Shown in pieces: positions 34,620 through 45,843 of a DNA stretch of 64,000 nucleotides (within the stretch, counting starts at the first letter, position 1; each line of letters begins with the position of its first letter). Origin of the DNA: Azolla caroliniana. Its lineage: Eukaryota > Plantae > Polypodiophyta. The notes beneath the pieces are model-generated. The model searched no databases, was not told the origin of the DNA, and saw only the letters and a list, made by a program, of their open reading frames with translations. The position numbers and the translations under genes were made by a program. The stretch covers positions 7,254,001 to 7,318,000 of the forward strand of contig JBHGNT010000013.1 in NCBI GenBank assembly GCA_043228905.1, in the 5' to 3' direction.

Positions 34620-35308
34620 CACCGCGACAGCAAGGGAGCTGAGAAGGGCCGAACAAGCAGACAAGCCGACCGGAAGGGTCGAAGCACGGGGAATCAAACG
34701 GGTCGAGGAGCGCGAGCCAGGCGTGAAGCCAGAAGGAACCGGAGCGTAGAATCCGGAAGAATGGATGGAACCTCAAGTTGAGCTTGAGGGGGAGTGTTGA
34801 GAGACAAGCTCAGCATTCAGTGCATAATCGGGTGCATAACCCAGTGCGTAAACTGGGCGCGTAAAACCGTGCGCACAATAGGCCGTAGCGGTGGGTAAAC
34901 CGCGAGGCCATTAGAAAGATATTCCTCGTAAGGGAATAATTTTGAGAGTTTGTGTAGTCGGCTCATTTATGAGCGGTCAAGTATTGTTAGTACTTCTGTC
35001 AGCCCGATTGTCAGGGCTTGTATATAAGGTGCTCACTGAGCACGAAGTATGTATAGAACAGAGAGTCATTATTTTTGAATCTGAGTTTTCTGTGTCTGCT
35101 CTCTCTCTCTCTCTATCTCTCCCTCTCCATCTCTGCGTTTTCTGTGTTTTACTGAACTGTCTTATTCCTCCGAATAGTGTACTCTGTGTTTACGCACACG
35201 CTTCCGCACAACGTATTCTTTTACAGTTGGTACATAAACCAACTTATTGTAACTTGGTGGTTGTTGGATGTATCTCATTTTGTTAATATCATATATACTT
35301 TTGTCTAT

Positions 35309-35347
<39 letters not shown>

Positions 35348-35510
35348 GTTCATCTTCCACTGCATTGCAACAACTCTTGCCTTCCCATTTCTTAACATGG
35401 TATCAGAGTGAGTGATTTCCTGATCAAGCATTTTTTATTGTGTTGTGTTGCACGCCGAAGATCAACAGAACCGGCCCATCGTAAGAGAAGAAATCACCAT
35501 GAATACTCAA

Positions 35511-38500
35511 ATGGGAAGCGATGTTCCTACCGAGAAGCTCGACAAAACGAACTTTGCATCTTGAGAATACAAGATGCATCAATATCTTGTCGGACAAGGC
35601 TATTGGAGCTACATCTAAGGAGCTCACGAATCACAACCCAACCCAACACACGCCAACTATCCCGCTTGGGAGCAGGCCGCTAGCCGTGTGTTGTATTGCC
35701 TTACATCATGCGTTCATGATCACATGCTTGGCTACATTCGAGATGCAAAAACGCCGAAGTAGGCGTGGGAAAATCTCAAAAAGATTTTCGCAGCCAACAC
35801 GGCTGCACGCAAGCTTCAGCTTCATTAGGAGCTGAATAGCATCCAACAGAGGGAGATGTCAATCTCCAGTTATACCTTGAAGATCAAGGAGCTATGTGAC
35901 GCCATCGGATCGATCAACATCGCCATTGACGATGAAGAACTGGTGCAGATATGCCTCGAAGGCTTAGCACCACGTTTCAGCGCGATTAGATCTGCAATTC
36001 TCGCAAGGGAGAATCCTCCCTCCTTCTTCGACCTTCGGTCGATATTGCTGGTTGAAGAGAATCACGCCCGGCAGAGGAGCAATGCACCAGATGGTCATCT
36101 GCTCTACTCCCAGTCGGATGAAAGGAATTTCGGCCGAGGTCACAAAGGTCGCTTCGGACAAGGTCGTAATGATCGGCAAAATCAATAGCATAACTCTCAC
36201 CAATGACAAACGGATAGAAATGGTCCCAGAGAGTTCGGCGGAAGGAGGAGTCATAACGCCAGACCGAGCAATCGCCGAAACCTAGTCGAGTGCGGGTATT
36301 GCCGAAAACCCGACCACTACGAAGAGGAATGTCGGAAGAAGAAACATGAGGCAGGCCGACAACTGACAAATTACGCCATGAACCCCAACTACGGCGACGT
36401 GGCGGAATGTTTATGATGAAGCACGAAGCACACTCAATGTCTGCATTTGCGACAACCTGCGCCTCCACTCCTAATAGTGTATGGTTTGTCGATTCGGGAG
36501 CCTCCAATCACATGACTTCCCATGAAGATTGGTTTCGGGAATTACGGAAGCCCTAACATCCCGGATATGTCGAAACAGGCGATGATACGACTCATCCAAT
36601 ACAGCATATCGGGAATGTCCCATTCGGAAACGACGGTGAACAGACCTACCTCAAGAACGTACAACATGTTCCCACCATCGCGAAAAATCTAGTGTCGGTC
36701 GGCCAAATTGTAGAACAAGGAATGCAGGTACACTTCAACAACGATGGGTGCTTCATTGAAAAAGGCGATCAAATCGTAGCTCACGACTGATGAGAAGGGC
36801 GTATGTTCATTCTCGAGTCGAGCGAAGTAAAGTCAGCTATGTACGGAAAGGGCCAGAAAGTCGAAACCGACTTAAAGTTGTGGCACAAGAGAATCAGCCA
36901 CATCAATCTCTAGAAGCTTTAGAACATGCAGACAAAAGGAGTCGTAATCGGACTCCCAAACTTTATGGCAAAGGAGATCACGGACATGTGCAAAGCATGC
37001 CAATTTGGAAAGCAACACCATCATCCATTCCCAAAAGAGCGGAATGTAAGCAAAGGGATCCTGGATGTCATACATTCAGATGTGTGGGGACCAGCCCAAA
37101 CAACTACTCTCGGCGGATGCTGTTACTATGTCACGTTCATCGATGACTTCTCCAAAAATACTTGGATTTATCCGATGAAGCAAAAGAGTCACGTGTTCGG
37201 CCACTTCCAGAAGTTCAAAGCCGAAGTAGAAAAAGCCACGGGCCGGCATGTACGCTACTGTCTTTGATCAGATGGAGGCAAAGAATATTTTTCGGATGAG
37301 TTCTCGGCGTATCTCCGCAAGGAAGGAGTCCGACAAGAGTTCTTGTGTCGACATACACCTCAGCAAAATGGCGTAGCTGAGCGTAAAAACCACCACATAG
37401 TAGAAGTCGCACGAGCCATGATGAATGAGAAAAACCTGCCGAAATCGTACTGGGCAGAAGCGGCGAACACAGCCATATACCTCATGAATAGGTGCACAAC
37501 CTCAGGAGTACACGACATAACTCCTCATGAGAAGTTCTTTGGAAAGAAGCCAGACTTATCACATGTTCGCATTTTCAGTTCTATCGCCTATGTACATATT
37601 CCCCACGATACGCGACAAAAGCTCGATCCAAAGTCGGAGAAATGTATCCTCGTAGGATACTCACTCGAACAAAAGGGGTACAAGTGCTACAACCCATCTA
37701 ACCGAAAAGTTCGCATCAGTCGAGACGTAGTCTTCAACGAGTTCACATCCTGGTACGCACTAGAGAATACTTCGACTTCGCTCAACATGGATGACATCGA
37801 AATAAGAATAGAAGCCGAAGATCGTCTCATGCATATGCACGAAGAAAGTCCAGTTTCAACATGGCTAAGCGGACCACAAGATCCCCCAAGTGATCAAAGC
37901 ACATCTCGGCCAAGTCCATTGTTAGACAAAGGCAAGACGAAAATGCAGGAGTATGAAGATCATTTCGATCTCCACAGTGAGGTCAAAGGCCTTGACATCC
38001 ACACGGACGGCATGAAGAAACCCCTAGTATCCACAAATCACAAGCCACGCCGATCCACGCAAGAGAAGAACCCCGTAAACCACTACGGCTACAACGAGTA
38101 CATGGCGTATCATTACGCGTTCATGATGAAGGTAGCGTCAGTACGGGAAACGGAAACGCTTTCCGAAGCCGCAAAGGATCCGCAATGGGTCAACGCGATG
38201 AATGAGGAGATGGAAGTGTTATGCAAAAACAAGACATGGGATCTCATTCCTCACTCTTCGAACAAGAAACCAATTGGTTGCAGGTGGATTTACAATGTGA
38301 AGCACAATGCCGATGGTTCCATAAATCGCTTCAAAGCATGGCTTGTTGCAAAAGGCTATGCACAGACACACGGCATAGACTACGAAGAAACCTTTGCCCC
38401 GGTGGCAAAGATGACAACAGTACGGACCGTAATCGCGCTAGCAGCAGCAAAAGGGTGGCACCTCCATCAGATGGACGTGACAAACGCTTTCCTCCAAGGA

Positions 38501-39673
38501 GAGCAAGAAGAAGAGGTGTATATGACACAACCACCCAGATTCGAATCACGTAATCATCCGCACGTCGTATGCCGACTCAAGAAGCCACTCTACGGCCTCA
38601 AACAAGCACCGCGTGCTTGGCACTCGAAGATCATGCAGTATCTTCACCAAGTCGAATTTCGGATGTCAAAATCCGATACATCCCTGTACATCCGAAACGA
38701 GTCGGATAGCCTGATAATCATCACCTTGTACGTGGATGATTTGGTCATCGGAGGAAAGGATCTCGCCGAGATTAACAAAGTTAAATCAATTCTTTCCGGC
38801 AGATTCAAAATGAAAGACCTGCACGAACTTCATTACTTCCTAGGTATTGAAGTAATTCGGACACCAGTCGGGATAATGATCTCACAACGGCACTATGTCC
38901 TCAACTTACTGTACAAATTCGGAATGACAGAGTGCAAACCTATGACTACCCCTCTTGATCGCAATCTCAAGATTGATGCCAATTCCGGCACAACCAAGAC
39001 TGAACCGACTAAGTATCGCCAACTGATCGGTAGCTTGATCTATCTATGCGATCGGCCTACGTAGCCAATTCATGCAAAATCCGCATAACCTTCATCTCGA
39101 TTGTGCTAAGAGGATACTACGGTATGTTAGTATGACAATGGATCACGACATCTTATATAAATCGAATACGACTATTCGACTCGAAGGGTACACAGACGCG
39201 GACTGGGCAGGAGACAAAGCAGATAGACGATCCACATCCGGATTCGTCTTCTCCCTCGGCAGCAGAGCGATCTCCTGGAGCAGCAAGAAACAACTGGCAA
39301 TCACATTGTCGAACACAGAAGCCGAATACAAGGGTGCGGCAGTCGCCGCATGTGAAGTCGTATGGCTTCGGCACGTACTAAAGGATCTAGGCATTCCCAT
39401 CAAAGACCCAATACGCTTGTACTGCGACAACATGAGCAGTATCTACTTGGCTCGCAACCCCGTATTTCACGCGCGGACTAAACACATCGAAGCGCACTAC
39501 CACTTCATCCGCGAGCGCTACAGGCCGGAGAAATTGATCTCTACCATATCATCACGCACCTTCAGGTTGCTGATATATTTACGAAGGCCTTAGGAGTAGA
39601 CAAGCTCGGGCAATTCGCATCGGATCTTGGTCTCATGCCGCCTACATTGCCGAGCTTGAGGGGGAGTACATAG
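35511..39673 (+). pseudogene. C4 gag-pol, degenerate
   Basis: EKLDKTNFAS, WFVDSGASNHM, IHSDVWGPA, 573-aa INT-RT ORF 37343-39064 and RNase H ORF 39072-39593. Confidence 0.92.
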
Positions 39674-39745
39674 AGCACACATTGATACACAGATATGTAC
39701 GCCGAACTTCAAACCGAACAGATGGAAGTTGTGTTCGAAGGGGCG

Positions 39746-39944
39746 TGTTGAGAATCGAACTCAACTTCCCATAGGAATAGGTTCACACTAGCCCATGGAC
39801 ATACCATGCTAGTTTTGTAAATAGCAAAAAGGGCGCTTGCCCTAGCTTAGTTGGTATATAAACCAACTCATTGTAACTTAGTGGTTGTTGGATGTATCTC
39901 GTTTTGTTAATATCATATATACTTTTGTCTATCTCTGTCTTTTG

Positions 39945-39977
<33 letters not shown>

Positions 39978-40052
39978 CTGTTACACACACACATACACAT
40001 ACATTCATCTTCCGTTGCATTGCAACCACTCTTGCCTTCCCATTTCTTAACA
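39746..40052 (+). repeat. C4 3' LTR
   Basis: TGTTGAG...CTTAACA; matches 10708-10845 and 35231-35397. Confidence 0.9.
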
Positions 40053-40671
40053 ACACCATTATATGTAGAAGACATAAATATGCTAGAAGGGGTACATGAT
40101 GCGGAGCTAGAAGCATACCTTGATGATCACCCGCCGATCGTCCCATTATTTGAAATTGATATTATAGAAACCTGTCATGAGATGGCAAGACTCGAACCCA
40201 TGACCTTATGGTATATGGGTCGAGCTCTTAACCATCTCACCATCTATTGTAATTCATAGAATATTATTTTCATTTATGTTTTATTATAAGAAAGTAATGT
40301 ATATTCTAGATTTCTCTGGAACATTCTAGAAGCTTCAGGATTATTCCTGAGAACACTATAAAAGAAGGCACTAAGCATTATGTTGAACCAAATTGGTTCA
40401 ACACCAGTCTTAAGCCTCTTAGTCGATTTGTACTTATCTTTCATATAATATAAGAGCTGTTGTCATCATCCTATTTCCCTCTCTCTCTCCTCTTCTCACT
40501 TCCTCTCTCTCGGGAATCTTACGCAGTCCCGTCCTCTTAGTACTAATAGTACTACTCTTCTTAGTACTAATTCCATCTCTGTTTTAGTACTATTCCTGAC
40601 AGTTTGAACCAATTTTCTTCCTCTAGCCTACTTGTCACTCTCCCTCATCCTCCTACCCTTTCCCCTATACT

Positions 40672-41829
40672 ATGGCTATTGTTAGCGCCCAAGAATACCA
40701 ATCCGTTTTCTCCGAGCTACAGTGCCTAAAAGAAAAGTTTGTTGCCTTGGAACAAGAAAACCAACGGCTGATAGGGGATCTGCAACAAATCGCTCTAGAA
40801 AAACAACAAACGCAACAACAACATGGGGAGTTAGCGTTACGGGTACAACAACTCGAAGCAGCGTTGCAACAACAAGGATCCAGTCCCCAAGGATTTCATA
40901 AAGAGCCCAAGATTGGACTTCCTGTGAAATTTGATGGAACGCGTTCGCAATTTCGGGGATTCCTTAATCAGGTACGCTTAGTCATCCAGATGCATCCTTC
41001 CCGATATCCCACTGATGCATCTCGAGTCGGCCTAATAGGCACGCTACTTAGCGGCTCAGCCTTGGCATGGTTCGCTCCGCTTCTAGAAAAACAATCGCCC
41101 TTGCTTAATAACTTTGAAGATTTTATTGGTGAGTTTAAAGCCTGCTTTGGAGACACCGACAGCATCAGGACGGCGATCAACAAGATCCGGCGATTGCGTC
41201 AAGGCGATCGTCCAGCCTCTGCCTACGCGGCGGATTTCCGCCTACTTGCTTCAGATATACCCTGGGATGATCAAGCACTAATGGAGCAGTTTCGCTATGG
41301 CTTGCGAAACGATGTCAAAGATCTACTTCTAACTTTCCCCGAAGAACCAAAGTCTCTTACGGAGGCAATCAGTCGAGCAGTTCGATGTGACAACTGCCTT
41401 TTTGAACGGCGTTCAGAACGTCAATTACAGATACCACGCTCTAGGCCAGAGCCCACTTACGCCGCAGTCGCGGCTAAACCGTTTGCACGAGACATACCTC
41501 AAGCAAATACTTCGACACCGATGGAGATCGATACCATGCGTCGACGCGGCCCGTTATCGGAAGAAGAAAAGCAACGACGACGTGCCAATCGATTATGCCT
41601 TTATTGCGGTGGACCAGGACATATCGCCATCAATTGTCCCCATAGGCCAAGAAGACAGGTAAATCAAATTGTCGCCTGTACTAAACCTGAGTCAATTCTT
41701 CCCTTCGGAGTGTCTGATAGTAGTAATAGTACTAATAGAGTGTCAGATAGTATTCATAGTACTAATAGCCCAAGTATCTCAAATAAATTTGAAATCCTTA
41801 GTCAATTAGATGAAGAGTTAAACGATTGA
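40672..41829 (+). CDS. G3 Gag (coiled coil, retrotransposon gag domain, CCHC)
   Basis: 385 aa with PVKFDGTRSQFRGF, LRQG, PMEID and CLYCGGPGHIAINC; PEG10/sushi-like. Confidence 0.95.
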   Translation: MAIVSAQEYQSVFSELQCLKEKFVALEQENQRLIGDLQQIALEKQQTQQQHGELALRVQQLEAALQQQGSSPQGFHKEPKIGLPVKFDGTRSQFRGFLNQVRLVIQMHPSRYPTDASRVGLIGTLLSGSALAWFAPLLEKQSPLLNNFEDFIGEFKACFGDTDSIRTAINKIRRLRQGDRPASAYAADFRLLASDIPWDDQALMEQFRYGLRNDVKDLLLTFPEEPKSLTEAISRAVRCDNCLFERRSERQLQIPRSRPEPTYAAVAAKPFARDIPQANTSTPMEIDTMRRRGPLSEEEKQRRRANRLCLYCGGPGHIAINCPHRPRRQVNQIVACTKPESILPFGVSDSSNSTNRVSDSIHSTNSPSISNKFEILSQLDEELND

Positions 41830-44800
41830 GTCCAGCCAAAATAGGAGCCATTTGGTTGGACAGCAGCCCTAGATCTGTACAGCCCATTAGTGGTTCCATT
41901 CCTTCCAAGCAAGTTAGCAATGTGTTCCTAGCCCAAGTCATTGTTAGTACTAAAAGTACTCCCCCAGTACCCGTCCTAGCACTTTTAGATTCCGGAGCTA
42001 ATTCCTGTTTCATGGATCGAAATTTTGCCCAAGCTTCTCAGATATCCTTAAGAAAACTTCCTTGTCCCGCATCTGTAGTGGTCATTGATGGTTGTCCCAT
42101 TGCTTCCGGGAATATTGTAGAAGAATCAGAACCCATTCAAGTTGTCCTAGGTAGTTTTGTGTGTATAATATCATTTAATATAATTAGTAGTCCAGAGCAT
42201 CCCATTGTCCTAGGATTACCTTGGCTTGAGTTACATAATCCAGCCATAGATTGGAGAACAAGAGAAGTCCGATATCGACCACCCCAAGAATCAACTCGCC
42301 GAGTTTCGACCATTTCACTCCATCAACTACGCGAAGAAGGACCCAAGGAGGCAATGTTCCTATTTTCCATATCAGTACATCCTTCCAGCACTATTAAGAA
42401 GGACTCCTCAGTACAACTTCCGGCAAAATATCATCCTTATCCCGATGTATTTGACAAGGTAAAAGCCGGTACCCTTCCTCATCACCGTCCCTATGACTGT
42501 CCCATCGATTTACAACCAGGAACCGAGCCACCATGGGGACCAATTTACAACCTGTCACCCACCGAGTTAGAAGTCCTTCGAGCCTACATAGAGGAGAACT
42601 TGGCAAGCGGGTTCATCCGTCATTCGAAATCTCCGGCCGGTGCACCCATCTTCTTTGTCAAGAAGAAAGATGGCTCACTTCGTCTTGTCGTTGATTACCG
42701 CGGATTAAATAAAGTCACCATCCGGAATAGGTATGCACTTCCTCTTATATCAAGTCTTTTAGAGCGAGTTAATGGTGCCAAGTTTTTTACTAAAATCGAC
42801 CTACGCGGAGCGTATAATCTCGTGCGGATCCGACCGGGAGATGAGTGGAAGACCGCTTTTCGCACGCGGTATGGGCATTTTGAGTATACTGTTATGCCGT
42901 TTGGCCTAACCAATGCACCCGCAGTCTTCCAACACATGGCAAATGATATATTCAGAGACCTCTTGGATATCTGTTTGATCATTTATCTGGATGATCTGTT
43001 GATTTATTCGAAGACCCAGGAAGAGCACGACTCTCATGTACTATTAGTACTAAAGCGACTCCGCGAGAATGGTCTTTATGCCAAGCTAGAAAAATGTAGC
43101 TTTGACTGCAAGCAAGTGGAATTTCTAGGCTACGTCATCTCCTCAAAGGGCATCGCCATGGATCCAGCTAAGATCCAAACTGTACTAGAGTGGCAAATTC
43201 CACGGTCGGTACGAGATGTACAATGTTTTCTAGGTTTTGCTAACTTCTACCGTAAGTTTATACAGGATTACTCGAAGATTATTTTACCTCTCACACAACT
43301 TATGAAGAAGGGCCAAGCATTTCTTTGGTCCATTGAAGCAGATATGGCTTTTCGGCATCTTAAGAAAGCCTTTACATCAGCACCGATTCTAGCTCATGTG
43401 GATACAAGCAAACCATTCATCATGGAGGCCGACGCATCAGATTTCTCCCTCGGTAGCATCCTTTCTCAACAAGGTGATAAAGAAGAGTTGCATCCGGTGG
43501 CTTTCCATTCGCGCAAATTCGATGTCGCAGAAATCAACTACGAAATACATGACAAGGAGTTATTAGCCATCGTGGATTCATTTGTACAATGGCGGCATTT
43601 CTTAGAGGGCTCTCCACATCAGGTCATTGTCTTCAGCGATCATAAAAATCTTGCTTATTTTCAGAACGCTCGCGTACTAAATCGACGGCAAGCTCGGTGG
43701 GCGCAATTCCTCACGCGTTTCGACTTCAAAATCACATATCGACCGGGGAAGCAGCAAGGAAAAGCAGATGCACTATCACGACGTTCATATCTTGCACCTC
43801 GTCCTGGTGAAGCAACATTTGATAATCAAAAGCAAGTAATCTTGGGACCAACACGATTGCACACGACGCGGATTTTTCACACCCCGATGGATTCACGGAT
43901 TACCGATGACATACGTGCAACCTTGAAGACGGATAGTTTTGCTCAAGACATCCTGGCGCACATTGATACTTCTCGGGCATCCTGTTCTCAGTCTCAACAA
44001 CCAGGTATTGACTACCGACAATTCGAATATCATGATGGTTTGTTATTCTTTAAAAAGCGTGTATATGTCCCCGATTGCTCCTGTCGCCTTCAAATTGTCC
44101 AACATTGTCACGACACCCATACGGCGGGACATTTCGGTAGTACTAAGACGTTGGAGCTAGTGCAGCGATCTTTTTGGTGGCCCCACATGCGCCGTTTTGT
44201 CGACGACTACGTTCGGACCTGTGATGCTTGCTGCCGAGCAAAGATGCCACGACACCATCCATATGGCTTGTTGGAACCTTTACCAATTCCAAGTAAGCCA
44301 TGGCAGTCTATTTGTCTTGATTTTATCACAGATCTGCCGGTCTCGAAAGGGTTCGATGCTATCCTAACCGTCGTCGATCGATATACGAAGATGGCACATT
44401 TTGTGCCATGTACTAAAGCCATCACTAGCGAGGAAACCGCCGCTCTTGTTATGCGTGAGGTTTTTCGGCATCATGGCCTCCCAGACAGTATTATCAGTGA
44501 CCGAGGCCCACAATTTGTCTCCAAATTTTGGCAGCATCTCTTCAAGATGCTCAAGGTCTCCTGCAACCTCTCCTCCGGCTACCATCCTCAGACCGACGGA
44601 CAGGCGGAACGAACAAACCAAACGCTGGAGCAATATCTCCGGTGTTTCCTGAGTTATCAACAGGACGATTGGGCCGAGATTCTCCACTTTGCGGAGTTTG
44701 CGTATAATAATGCTATTCACTCCTCGACTCGGGTCTCCCCATTTTTCGCTTATACCGGTTTCCATCCTCGCTGGTCGGTGATCGACACTCCGGAGCTACC

Positions 44801-45398
44801 TACCAACCCTCGTGCCGAGGATCATTTGGAGAGGCTACGCAAGATCCAGATGGATCTCTCTACTCACCTTCGTCATGCTCAACACACACAGAAGACTTAT
44901 GCGGATCGTCATCGGATTCCCTCCTCTTTTGCCATCGGAGATCGAGTATGGCTCTTACGTCGTCACATCAAGACTACTCGACCGTGCGACAAGTTGGATT
45001 ATCGACGACTCGGTCCTTTCCGTATTACGGGGAAGATTAATGATGTCACCTTCCGCCTTGATCTCCCTCCGCAGCTTCAGATACATCCGGTTTTCCATTG
45101 TTCTCTTCTTGAACCTTATCAAGCAAACACCATTCCCGATCGTGTGACACCACCGCCGCCCCCACTGGAGTTGGACGTCGGCCCGGAGTATGAAGTTGCT
45201 GCCATCCTCGATTCCAAACTTGTTCGCAACAAACTCTATTACTTGGTCGATTGGCTCGGTTATAGTCCGAGCGAACGTACTTGGGAACCCGTCGAGAATG
45301 TTGCCAATGCACAAGATCTTCTTGCTGATTTCCACCGAAAGTATCCGGACAAACCCGGTCCGCAAGTAGTGCTGACTCGTTCCACTCGTCGTCTTTAA
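41817..45398 (+). CDS. G3 Pol (PR-RT-RH-INT-chromodomain), in the -1 frame relative to gag
   Basis: 1190-aa ORF with LLDSGA, YLDD, DASD, HHCC, GQAER and GPF, ending in chromodomain EYEVAAILDS..YLVDWLGY..TWEP. Confidence 0.95.
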   Translation, partial: VKRLSPAKIGAIWLDSSPRSVQPISGSIPSKQVSNVFLAQVIVSTKSTPPVPVLALLDSGANSCFMDRNFAQASQISLRKLPCPASVVVIDGCPIASGNIVEESEPIQVVLGSFVCIISFNIISSPEHPIVLGLPWLELHNPAIDWRTREVRYRPPQESTRRVSTISLHQLREEGPKEAMFLFSISVHPSSTIKKDSSVQLPAKYHPYPDVFDKVKAGTLPHHRPYDCPIDLQPGTEPPWGPIYNLSPTELEVLRAYIEENLASGFIRHSKSPAGAPIFFVKKKDGSLRLVVDYRGLNKVTIRNRYALPLISSLLERVNGAKFFTKIDLRGAYNLVRIRPGDEWKTAFRTRYGHFEYTVMPFGLTNAPAVFQHMANDIFRDLLDICLIIYLDDLLIYSKTQEEHDSHVLLVLKRLRENGLYAKLEKCSFDCKQVEFLGYVISSKGIAMDPAKIQTVLEWQIPRSVRDVQCFLGFANFYRKFIQDYSKIILPLTQLMKKGQAFLWSIEADMAFRHLKKAFTSAPILAHVDTSKPFIMEADASDFSLGSILSQQGDKEELHPVAFHSRKFDVAEINYEIHDKELLAIVDSFVQWRHFLEGSPHQVIVFSDHKNLAYFQNARVLNRRQARWAQFLTRFDFKITYRPGKQQGKADALSRRSYLAPRPGEATFDNQKQVILGPTRLHTTRIFHTPMDSRITDDIRATLKTDSFAQDILAHIDTSRASCSQSQQPGIDYRQFEYHDGLLFFKKRVYVPDCSCRLQIVQHCHDTHTAGHFGSTKTLELVQRSFWWPHMRRFVDDYVRTCDACCRAKMPRHHPYGLLEPLPIPSKPWQSICLDFITDLPVSKGFDAILTVVDRYTKMAHFVPCTKAITSEETAALVMREVFRHHGLPDSIISDRGPQFVSKFWQHLFKMLKVSCNLSSGYHPQTDGQAERTNQTLEQYLRCFLSYQQDDWAEILHFAEFAYNNAIHSSTRVSPFFAYTGFHPRWSVIDTPELPTNPRAEDHLERLRKIQMDLSTHLRHAQHTQKTYADRHRIPSSFAIGDRVWLLRRHIKTTRPCDKLDYRRLGPFRITGKINDVTFRLDLPPQLQIHPVFHCSLLEPYQANTIPDRVTPPPPPLELDVGPEYEVAAILDSKLVRNKLYYLVDWLGYSPSERTWEPVENVANAQDLLADFHRKYPDKPGPQVVLTRSTRRL

Positions 45399-45843
45399 GG
45401 GGGAGATAGTGTCATGAGATGGCAAGACTCGAACCCATGACCTTATGGTATATGGGTCGAGCTCTTAACCATCTCACCATCTATTGTAATTCATAGAATA
45501 TTATTTTCATTTATGTTTTATTATAAGAAAGTAATGTATATTCCAGATTTCTCTGGAACATTCTAGAAGCTTCAGGATTATTCCTGAGAACACTATAAAA
45601 GAAGGCACTAAGCATTATGTTGAACCAAATTGGTTCAACACCAGTCTTAAGCCTCTTAGTCGATTTGTACTTATCTTTCATATAATATAAGAGCTGCTGT
45701 CATCATCCTATTTCCCTCTCTCTCTCCTCTTCTCACTTCCTCTCTCTCGGGAATCTTACGCAGTCCCGTCCTCTTAGTACTAATAGTACTACTCTTCTTA
45801 GTACTAATTCCATCTCTGTTTTAGTACTATTCCTGACAAAACC

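Larger units (their letters stand above)
10933..35225 (+). mobile_element. Copia C3, interrupted by C5, G2 and C6
   Basis: TSD GTTGG at 10928-10932 and 35226-35230. 5' LTR at 10933-11309 plus 17020-17077. Mutated PBS CGGTATCAGAGT at 17078. PPT, then 3' LTR at 34795-35225. Confidence 0.93.
10708..40052 (+). mobile_element. Copia C4 (distinct family, ~307-bp LTR); 5' LTR split by C3
   Basis: 5' LTR at 10708-10932 plus 35231-35397, PBS TGGTATCAGAGT at 35398, 3' LTR at 39746-40052. The left junction is rearranged and has no matching TSD. Confidence 0.85.
40173..45838 (+). mobile_element. Intact chromovirus G3 (Tcn1/Tf1-sushi-like Gypsy)
   Basis: 429-bp LTRs at 40173-40601 and 45410-45838 (2 differences seen). 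TSD AAACC, PPT AAGGGGGAGATAG, intact gag and pol. Confidence 0.97.

Noticed and set aside
40173-40245. A bona fide tRNA gene in the G3 LTR or at 57735-58375
   Set aside because: A/B-box-like motifs are present, but I cannot build a cloverleaf with acceptor and anticodon stems. Reported only as tRNA-like.
39885-40259. 124-aa ORF
   Set aside because: A chance read-through across the C4 LTR, G1 spacer and G3 LTR junctions.
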